A stretch of DNA of 32,333 nucleotides from UHGV virus genome UHGV-0045956; one strand, 5' to 3'. Both the position numbers and the translations under genes were made by a program. Below, piece by piece: positions 18,640 through 26,153 of the stretch (the first letter of the stretch is position 1; each line of letters starts with the position of its first letter). Source of the stretch: a virus. The notes under the pieces are model-generated. The model did no database searches. It was given only the letters and a program-made list of their open reading frames with translations, and was not told the origin of the DNA.

Positions 18640-19494
18640 TCAGCAGTTCGTCATCAGGGCGTCTCCGCCACCGCCGGTGGCCTTGCTGCGGCGCTGCTGG
18701 GTCAGACTTTCGGTGTTGTCGAGACTGTTTTTCAGGCGGGTGAATGCCTGGCTGGTTTCATCCGCCCTGTCAGTCACCTCCTGCTTAAGTGCGGAAAAGG
18801 CGTTTTCCATCTCAGCGAGGCGCTGCTCAGTGGCGCTCAGTTTTTCCTGCACATGTTCAGCAACAGCGGTCACCGCTTCATGCACATCATTCAGACGGGC
18901 GTCATCACTGGCCTGTTTGCGGCCAAAAATGGATTTCACCTTTTCGGTCAGGGCGGTGAACACGGTTTCAGGCAGGTCTTCAAATTCCAGCTCAACGGGC
19001 GATGCCACTGAAATCAGGTTTTCAGGACTTAATTTGAAGCGGTTCAGAGGGTTGTGTTTTGCCGTGCGGCAGAATTCCAGGTATTCCGTGCCGAGGCTTG
19101 CCGGGTCATCGGTGACGGCCAGCCCCACCAGATAACATTTGCCGGTGTTGGCAAAGTTCGGCTGAATTTCCATTGAGGTATAGACCTTCTGCGCGGCCTT
19201 GTTCATCGCGATAAGGTCATCGGTCGGGGTGATTTTCGCAAACAGCGCCCATTTGCCTTTCAGCGCCGAATCGTCATCAATCTTTTCGGCCTTCAGTTCG
19301 ACCACATCGCCATAACGTTTAAAAATACCGTCAGGCAGGATGCCGCGCAGATGTTCCAGGTTAATGCGGCAACCGTAGACACGCGGGTCAAAGGTTTCAG
19401 CCATTTCCTGAATATCCTGCGCACTGATGACACGCCCGTCACAGGTGTCACCCTCAACGCCGATACGAAAGAATTTTGAGACTTTTTTTGCCAT
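18640..19494 (-). CDS. O: capsid scaffolding protein gpO
   Basis: Trimmed to ATG 19494 (MAKKVSKFF…), 284 aa as in P2 O. Confidence 0.85.
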   Translation of the reverse strand: MAKKVSKFFRIGVEGDTCDGRVISAQDIQEMAETFDPRVYGCRINLEHLRGILPDGIFKRYGDVVELKAEKIDDDSALKGKWALFAKITPTDDLIAMNKAAQKVYTSMEIQPNFANTGKCYLVGLAVTDDPASLGTEYLEFCRTAKHNPLNRFKLSPENLISVASPVELEFEDLPETVFTALTEKVKSIFGRKQASDDARLNDVHEAVTAVAEHVQEKLSATEQRLAEMENAFSALKQEVTDRADETSQAFTRLKNSLDNTESLTQQRRSKATGGGGDALMTNC

Positions 19495-19667
19495 TGTCAG
19501 GAGTCCTGAATAGTGATTAGAGGAGTCACATGTCGGCATCAGTTTCCCGACGATGCACATCCTCCGCCATCAGTCCCGGATGGCTTATCACTGACACAAC
19601 AGCACCTTAGCGAATCGCAGGGCGCGACTCAGTAGCCTTGCCGTGTATTCATCACGGCGAGGTATTC

Positions 19668-21440
19668 ATGACCATCACCACAGACACCACTCTTTTACAC
19701 GACCCGCGTCGTCAGGCGGCGCTGCTGTACTGGCAGGGATTTTCCGTGCCGCAGATTGCCGCCATGTTGCAGATGAAACGCCCGACAGTGCAGAGCTGGA
19801 AACAGCGCGACGGCTGGGACAGCGTTGCCCCCATCAGCCGTGTCGAAATGAGTCTGGAAGCGCGGCTGACCCAGCTCATCATCAAACCGCAGAAAACCGG
19901 CGGTGACTTCAAGGAAATTGACCTGCTCGGACGCCAGATTGAACGACTGGCACGGGTAAACCGCTACAGCCAGACCGGCAACGAGGCAGACCTTAATCCG
20001 AACGTCGCTAACCGCAACAAAGGCGGGCGGCGCAAACCGAAAAAGAATTTTTTCAGTGACGAGGCCATCGAAAAGCTGGAGCAGATTTTCTTTGAGCAGT
20101 CTTTCGAATATCAGTTGCACTGGTATCGCGCCGGGCTTGAGCACCGCATCCGCGATATCCTGAAATCCCGCCAGATTGGCGCGACGTTTTATTTTTCCCG
20201 CGAGGCGCTGCTGCGCGCCCTGAAAACCGGTCATAACCAGATTTTTCTGTCGGCCAGTAAAACGCAGGCGTATGTGTTCCGCGAATACATCATCGCCTTT
20301 GCCCGGCTGGTTGACGTTGACCTGACCGGTGACCCGATTGTCCTGGGCAATAACGGTGCAAAACTGATTTTTCTCGGCACCAACTCCAACACCGCACAGA
20401 GCCATAACGGCGACCTGTACGTCGATGAGATTTTCTGGATCCCGAATTTTCAGGTACTGCGTAAGGTGGCATCAGGTATGGCCTCACAGAGTCACCTGCG
20501 CTCGACCTATTTCTCCACCCCGTCCACGCTGGCGCACGACGCCTACCCGTTCTGGTCGGGTGAACTGTTCAACCGGGGACGCGCCAGCGCCGCCGAACGC
20601 GTGGAAATCGACATCAGTCATAACGCCCTTGCCGGAGGTCTTCTCTGTGCGGACGGCCAGTGGCGGCAGATTGTCACCATTGAGGACGCCCTGAAAGGTG
20701 GCTGCACGCTGTTCGACATTGAGCAGCTCAAACGTGAAAACAGCGCCGACGATTTTAAAAACCTGTTCATGTGTGAATTTGTTGACGACAAGGCGTCGGT
20801 ATTCCCGTTCGAGGAGCTGCAACGCTGCATGGTCGACACGCTGGAAGAATGGGAAGACTATGCGCCGTTTGCCGCGAATCCGTTCGGCTCCCGCCCGGTA
20901 TGGATTGGTTACGACCCGTCACACCGTGGCGACAGCGCCGGATGCGTGGTGCTGGCACCGCCGGTGGTGGCCGGTGGCAAATTCAGAATACTTGAGCGTC
21001 ACCAGTGGAAAGGCATGGACTTTGCCACTCAGGCGGAATCCATCCGCAAACTCACCGAAAAATACAACGTCGAATACATCGGTATTGATGCCACCGGCCT
21101 CGGTGTCGGCGTGTTCCAGCTCGTGCGCTCGTTCTATCCCGCCGCGCGCGATATCCGCTACACGCCGGAAATGAAAACCGCAATGGTGCTCAAGGCAAAA
21201 GACGTTATTCGCCGTGGCTGTCTGGAATATGACGTCAGCGCCACCGACATCACCAGCTCGTTTATGGCTATCCGCAAGACCATGACCAGCAGCGGACGCA
21301 GCGCCACCTATGAGGCCAGCCGCAGCGAGGAAGCCAGCCACGCCGACCTCGCCTGGGCGACCATGCACGCCCTGTTAAATGAGCCACTCACTGCCGGTAT
21401 CAGCACCCCGCTGACATCCACCATTCTGGAGTTTTACTGA
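19668..21440 (+). CDS. P: terminase large subunit gpP
   Basis: Trimmed to ATG 19668 with GAGG ribosome-binding site (MTITTDTTLLHDP…), 590 aa as in P2 P; divergent from O. Confidence 0.9.
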   Translation: MTITTDTTLLHDPRRQAALLYWQGFSVPQIAAMLQMKRPTVQSWKQRDGWDSVAPISRVEMSLEARLTQLIIKPQKTGGDFKEIDLLGRQIERLARVNRYSQTGNEADLNPNVANRNKGGRRKPKKNFFSDEAIEKLEQIFFEQSFEYQLHWYRAGLEHRIRDILKSRQIGATFYFSREALLRALKTGHNQIFLSASKTQAYVFREYIIAFARLVDVDLTGDPIVLGNNGAKLIFLGTNSNTAQSHNGDLYVDEIFWIPNFQVLRKVASGMASQSHLRSTYFSTPSTLAHDAYPFWSGELFNRGRASAAERVEIDISHNALAGGLLCADGQWRQIVTIEDALKGGCTLFDIEQLKRENSADDFKNLFMCEFVDDKASVFPFEELQRCMVDTLEEWEDYAPFAANPFGSRPVWIGYDPSHRGDSAGCVVLAPPVVAGGKFRILERHQWKGMDFATQAESIRKLTEKYNVEYIGIDATGLGVGVFQLVRSFYPAARDIRYTPEMKTAMVLKAKDVIRRGCLEYDVSATDITSSFMAIRKTMTSSGRSATYEASRSEEASHADLAWATMHALLNEPLTAGISTPLTSTILEFY

Positions 21441-22474
21441 TGAGCAAGAAAAAAGGGAAAACACCGCGACCAGCGGCAAAAACAATGACCGCCAGCGCCC
21501 CGAAAATGGAGGCATTCACCTTTGGCGAGCCGGTGCCGGTACTCGACCGCCGTGACATTCTGGATTACGTCGAATGCATCAGTAACGGCAGATGGTATGA
21601 GCCGCCGGTCAGCTTTACCGGTCTGGCAAAAAGTCTGCGTGCTGCCGTGCATCACAGCTCACCGATTTACGTCAAACGCAATATTCTGGCCTCGACATTT
21701 ATCCCGCACCCGTGGCTGTCCCAGCAGGATTTCAGCCGCTTTGTACTGGATTTTCTGGTGTTCGGTAATGCGTTTCTGGAAAAGCGTTACAGCACCACCG
21801 GTAAGGTCATCAGACTGGAAACCTCACCGGCAAAATATACCCGCCGTGGCGTGGAGGAGGATGTTTACTGGTGGGTGCCGTCCTTCAACGAGCCGACAGC
21901 CTTCACGCCCGGCTCCGTGTTTCACCTGCTGGAGCCCGATATTAATCAGGAGCTGTACGGTCTGCCGGAATATCTCAGCGCCCTTAACTCTGCCTGGCTG
22001 AATGAGTCGGCCACGCTGTTCCGCCGCAAGTATTACGAAAACGGCGCACATGCCGGATACATCATGTACGTCACCGATGCCGTGCAGGATCGCAACGATA
22101 TCGAAATGCTTCGCGAAAACATGGTGAAGTCGAAAGGCCGCAACAACTTTAAAAACCTGTTTCTCTATGCCCCGCAGGGGAAAGCCGACGGCATTAAAAT
22201 TATCCCGCTCAGTGAAGTGGCGACGAAGGACGATTTTTTTAATATCAAAAAAGCCAGCGCCGCTGACCTGCTGGATGCGCACCGCATCCCCTTTCAGTTG
22301 ATGGGCGGCAAGCCGGAGAACGTCGGGTCGCTAGGTGATATTGAGAAAGTGGCAAAGGTCTTTGTCCGCAATGAGCTTATCCCGCTACAGGACAGGATCC
22401 GCGAGATAAACGGCTGGCTCGGTCAGGAGGTCATCCGCTTTAAAAACTACTCACTGGACACTGACAACGGCTGA
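21440..22474 (+). CDS. Q: portal protein gpQ
   Basis: 344 aa as in P2 Q; start overlaps P stop (ATGA). Confidence 0.9.
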   Translation: MSKKKGKTPRPAAKTMTASAPKMEAFTFGEPVPVLDRRDILDYVECISNGRWYEPPVSFTGLAKSLRAAVHHSSPIYVKRNILASTFIPHPWLSQQDFSRFVLDFLVFGNAFLEKRYSTTGKVIRLETSPAKYTRRGVEEDVYWWVPSFNEPTAFTPGSVFHLLEPDINQELYGLPEYLSALNSAWLNESATLFRRKYYENGAHAGYIMYVTDAVQDRNDIEMLRENMVKSKGRNNFKNLFLYAPQGKADGIKIIPLSEVATKDDFFNIKKASAADLLDAHRIPFQLMGGKPENVGSLGDIEKVAKVFVRNELIPLQDRIREINGWLGQEVIRFKNYSLDTDNG

Positions 22475-22478
22475 ACAT

Positions 22479-22501
22479 CGCCGCCTGCGGGCGGCTTTTT
22501 T
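22479..22501 (+). terminator. rho-independent terminator after Q
   Basis: gccgcc-tgcg-ggcggc stem-loop followed by TTTTTT directly after the Q stop. Confidence 0.6.
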
Positions 22502-22666
22502 ACACCCCGTCATCACGGCCTCACACGCTCACCACCGCACAAAACACCCCGCAGACACACCAACGCCCCGGCAGGCCGACTAAATGCCATCACGACGCGC
22601 TCAGACGCAAAAAAACTGTCACTACCACGCCGTTACGTTGGCCCCATAAAAAGTGGCCCACTCCAG

Positions 22667-23668
22667 TTATAATAATTTGTCCAGCCTAGCTGAAACAATA
22701 CCTAGAACAACTGTTGAAACTATATTTATCACCACTCTTAAAATACTCTTCTTTCGCTTCTTACTATATTCATCATACAACCTCTCATCACCCTTATTTA
22801 ATACAATGTACGATGCTGGAGTATAACCATCAATTAATCTCTCTAGGCCTTCACCTAAATGCTCCGCTAACAATGGGATAATAGAAAACGCACCAAGAAA
22901 GAGCATTAAAAATTTTACTAACCTTTCTTTATCACCAATATCAATATATTCACCAACATTGTACAGTGCATAACTTAAAATCAATATAGAAAAAGAAAAC
23001 CGCATAATCAGTGGAATTAAATACGATATCCTTTGAGCTTGCTGTATCAATGGTATTTTGTTTGTAACTCTTTGACATCCTTCAACCCATTCTTTAAATG
23101 CTTCGATAAAACCTCTAGCCACTACATAATCAGCATATTCAACAACTATTTCTGCTGAACTGGTGAGCATGAATGCAACAAAACGCCCCCTAATGAAAGG
23201 TGGTGCATCTTCTTCCATTTCTTTCTGCATAGCAATTCTTGATGCTAATTTAACAGTAACTTCATAGTGGTTAGGTAATGATGCCCCTGTCGATAAAATT
23301 GCAAAGTTATATTTTAAAATTACACTAATTGTTGGACTACTTCCCGCACTACTCGACATTGCAAACTTATCAAAAGAGGTAAACTGTTCCTTTCTATCTT
23401 TTGAATGTAAAATAGTTACCGTTTCATTTTTCGATATAATATTATGAACATCACACAATTGATTTATTTTTTGATGAACGCTTCTTATCTCATCGATATT
23501 TATAAGTAAATTCTCAGAGGTTCTCTGCCTTATTGTTTCTGTTGTTCCCGTTATATGTTGATAAATTTGCTGATAAATACGAATGCTAGTATTAATATCC
23601 CGAGAAGCAGGTAACCCACTATTAACCCCATTATTTTTTTCATTTGACTCATCAATTATAATACTCAT
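22667..23668 (-). CDS. hypothetical membrane protein, AT-rich cargo between cos and Q
   Basis: 333-aa ORF; ~200-aa soluble N-terminal part then three predicted transmembrane helices; strongly AT-rich versus backbone. Confidence 0.7.
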   Translation of the reverse strand: MSIIIDESNEKNNGVNSGLPASRDINTSIRIYQQIYQHITGTTETIRQRTSENLLINIDEIRSVHQKINQLCDVHNIISKNETVTILHSKDRKEQFTSFDKFAMSSSAGSSPTISVILKYNFAILSTGASLPNHYEVTVKLASRIAMQKEMEEDAPPFIRGRFVAFMLTSSAEIVVEYADYVVARGFIEAFKEWVEGCQRVTNKIPLIQQAQRISYLIPLIMRFSFSILILSYALYNVGEYIDIGDKERLVKFLMLFLGAFSIIPLLAEHLGEGLERLIDGYTPASYIVLNKGDERLYDEYSKKRKKSILRVVINIVSTVVLGIVSARLDKLL

Positions 23669-23912
23669 TTTATTTCCTATAAAAACTTAACCAGCAAATT
23701 AAACAAAAAGAACACAAGGTTATTATTTAGCGTGCAACAACACGATTGCACAACCAAATGCCACGTGTACGAATCTAACCATTCTCTTATATTAAATCAA
23801 GTCAATACAACCTAATAGACACATTTTTTATCGCAGTTATACACTTGGTTAACAATATGCGGATAGTTACTCAAATCAAATTACATATATGACAAAATGA
23901 ACAATTGCGCGC

Positions 23913-23931
23913 AGTGCTTTCCCCGCCTCGC
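23913..23931 (-). other. cos: cos site, 19-nt cohesive end GGCGAGGCGGGGAAAGCAC
   Basis: + strand gtgctttccccgcctcgcc is the reverse complement of the P2 cohesive-end sequence as I recall it; GC-rich island between AT-rich genes. Confidence 0.7.
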
Positions 23932-24036
23932 CCGCCCGCTTCATGGGGCGGTTTTAATGTAGGTGCATGAACACTCCAAGAGCGCGCCAGCATTGACGAT
24001 AACTGACAATAAAAACGGCCTCTGACATATGCACAT

Positions 24037-24954
24037 TCATTCACAATCATGCATATTAAAGAACGGGTATGGATAGCGTCGTAAGATCTCATCTTCACTG
24101 TACCCCAAATAATCAGACATGAGTTTAATCGAAGGTGGCGTTACAGGTTTCATAAGCAGAGGAAAACGTTCGTGCAAATCATTGAATTTAAGAATCCCTG
24201 AATCTTCTTGCATTACTCTTTTGTCAAACAGCGATTCAGCATACAATGGCAACTCTTTGAGCAACAGATTAATATCAAGCAACAAAACATCTATCATAAT
24301 CATTATTTGCTCAGTAATATCAATGTAATAAGCCGCCTTATTACTACCTATAGCATTAACAATATCATCATTTTTAAAACGCATCGTCGGCAAAGGTGAA
24401 CCTGTTGATTCAATAATCATTCCTCTATAGGTGTCATCAAAATCATTCCTAACATTTAATGCAGCCAATAGGCTGTTAAACCTTCTTGCTATATCACTAA
24501 CAACAAAAGCATCCCCCCAGTTAGTAGTCTTTGCTGTCTCTCTATTATTCTCTACTCCCTTTTGACTCAATATACAGGCCAACTCACTTAAATCTGATGA
24601 TAGGGGAGCACCAGAAAAAACCACGACAGGAAAAGCTAAAGCCCTCTCGATAGGATTTTCACTTATACTTACCCCACCATAATAATTCCCTTTAATTTGC
24701 AACAACGTTGTCATTGCAGAAAAGTAGTCATAAATACATTTATTTACAACGCTTACCTTTCTTCTTTGTGCTTTAAGGTACTCCTGCCGATAAAACAACC
24801 TAGTTGCAATAAAGTAACTCAGCACAGAAGAGATAATTGGTAATACTACAGGCAGCACATAATCTTTTATGACATTAGTATTATTAACGCCTTTAATTGC
24901 ATCAATAATATCCTCAACCTGAAGCTGCCCTATTATATAGCTCGTATAATCCAT
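24037..24954 (-). CDS. hypothetical membrane-anchored protein, AT-rich cargo at the tin/old position
   Basis: 305-aa ORF; single N-terminal transmembrane helix (YVLPVVLPIISSVLSYFIATRLF); ATG 2 nt after the upstream lipoprotein stop. Confidence 0.7.
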   Translation of the reverse strand: MDYTSYIIGQLQVEDIIDAIKGVNNTNVIKDYVLPVVLPIISSVLSYFIATRLFYRQEYLKAQRRKVSVVNKCIYDYFSAMTTLLQIKGNYYGGVSISENPIERALAFPVVVFSGAPLSSDLSELACILSQKGVENNRETAKTTNWGDAFVVSDIARRFNSLLAALNVRNDFDDTYRGMIIESTGSPLPTMRFKNDDIVNAIGSNKAAYYIDITEQIMIMIDVLLLDINLLLKELPLYAESLFDKRVMQEDSGILKFNDLHERFPLLMKPVTPPSIKLMSDYLGYSEDEILRRYPYPFFNMHDCE

Positions 24955-24956
24955 TA

Positions 24957-25163
24957 TCAGAAAGCCGTTATTGTTCTATTACAACGTTCAGTAGCAACTT
25001 TCACAGCATCACGCCCATCACTTAATTTAGGGTAAGAACCAATCTCTATAAAATATTGGACACCTCTTTCAATACAACTCTCAACTTCTTTTTTATTACT
25101 CTCATTACAACCAACCAGCAACGCCCCAAAAAAAGCCATAACACAAATCAGTTTTCTTTTCAT
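24957..25163 (-). CDS. small lipoprotein (candidate superinfection-exclusion factor)
   Basis: ATG 25163 with AAGGTG ribosome-binding site; MKRKLICVMAFFGALLVGC signal peptide and lipobox; ~50-aa mature part with Cys residues; AT-rich. Confidence 0.6.
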   Translation of the reverse strand: MKRKLICVMAFFGALLVGCNESNKKEVESCIERGVQYFIEIGSYPKLSDGRDAVKVATERCNRTITAF

Positions 25164-25301
25164 TTTAAACACCTTAACAAACACGATACAAAAACGTATA
25201 TTTATATTATCTTTCAGAATAAGTAAATCCCAGCTATTCATCAACTCTCGGTGTCAATCTGATGGGTATCTAACGCCTCGCTAAGCTCGTTGTTCAACCC
25301 C

Positions 25302-25428
25302 NNNNNNNNNNNNNNNNNNNNNNNNNNNNNNNNNNNNNNNNNNNNNNNNNNNNNNNNNNNNNNNNNNNNNNNNNNNNNNNNNNNNNNNNNNNNNNNNNNN
25401 NNNNNNNNNNNNNNNNNNNNNNNNNNNN
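25302..25428. other. assembly gap (127 N) followed by ~31-nt poly-G
   Basis: N run, then gggggggggtgggggggggggggggggggggg at 25429..25460. Confidence 0.95.
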
Positions 25429-25464
25429 GGGGGGGGGTGGGGGGGGGGGGGGGGGGGGGGTTTA

Positions 25465-25710
25465 CTACGGCCTGCGTGGTGGTTGTTTTGGCATGTTAGC
25501 TGGCCGAGATGTCTCAATTTTCTGTCTACTGATATCGTTAAACCGTCTGTAATTATCCCGGACTATTTCGGCACACCCGACCAGCTCATCGGGCGTCAGA
25601 TTTTCGTTGACCATAATCCGCTGTAAACGCTGAACAATAGCCATCAGCTTGATATTTTTAGTTTTATGGTGCGGTATCTCGCCTGGTATTCTGTGCATTA
25701 TCCAAGCCAC
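25465..25710 (-). CDS. hypothetical protein (3' end next to gap and poly-G, boundary unreliable)
   Basis: 81-aa ORF downstream of the ASCH-like gene; C-terminus abuts the homopolymer and gap. Confidence 0.35.
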   Translation of the reverse strand: MAWIMHRIPGEIPHHKTKNIKLMAIVQRLQRIMVNENLTPDELVGCAEIVRDNYRRFNDISRQKIETSRPANMPKQPPRRP

Positions 25711-26153
25711 CCGTTTTGCTGTGCACGCTCCATCTGTTCATCTGAATAGTTCCATGCTCCATCCGTGGCAACCATTGCCCCGCCAGACATCCCCGTCTCT
25801 GGTTCATACATAACAGCAAGGCCGAGCTGATGCATAATTTCATGATTAATTCTGAATACCAGACCACGCTCACTAAGTTCTTTCCAGTTCACAATCTCAT
25901 ATGCGCCTGTATTAAGCAGCTCAATACTTAGCAAGACATAATCTTCCAGCCAGTCTGACAGGTCAGTAACATCTGTTATCCGGGCTTCAACCTTTCGCCC
26001 CGTATACACACCCTGCACCCATTCATGCAAAATCAACGTGTCCCCGCGCTCATAATTACGGTCATTTTTCCGAAACTCTGCGCGTTTCTTTCCTTCCAGC
26101 ACAAGGTCGAAATATTTTGCGTGCAGCTTTACCTCGTGAATTTTAGCCATCAT
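25698..26153 (-). CDS. ASCH/DUF3850-like protein with C-terminal HExxH motif
   Basis: MAKIHEVKLHAKYFDLVLEGKKRAEFRKNDRNYERGDTLILHEW resembles the ASCH-like DUF3850 N-terminus; HEIMH near C-terminus; ATGATGA overlap with the A stop. Confidence 0.6.
   Translation of the reverse strand: MMAKIHEVKLHAKYFDLVLEGKKRAEFRKNDRNYERGDTLILHEWVQGVYTGRKVEARITDVTDLSDWLEDYVLLSIELLNTGAYEIVNWKELSERGLVFRINHEIMHQLGLAVMYEPETGMSGGAMVATDGAWNYSDEQMERAQQNGWLG

Noticed and set aside
18640-19560. Long ORF-caller starts for O (306 aa), L (189), X (90), A (775), P (600) and B (168)
   Set aside because: Internal ATGs give exactly the P2 protein lengths (284, 169, 67, 761, 590, 166) and, where checked, better ribosome-binding sites; the upstream extensions are treated as non-coding.
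19695-20405. 236-aa - strand ORF inside terminase large subunit P (also 20484..20822, 20919..21368)
   Set aside because: Antisense shadow ORFs within P.
23871-24098. 75-aa - strand ORF spanning the GC-rich island
   Set aside because: It covers the cos site and its flanks; the sequence is better explained as the cohesive-end region than as coding.
25429-25460. Poly-G tract as a possible phase-variable simple-sequence repeat
   Set aside because: It abuts an N-gap and is far longer than typical enterobacterial phase-variation tracts; most likely an assembly artefact.
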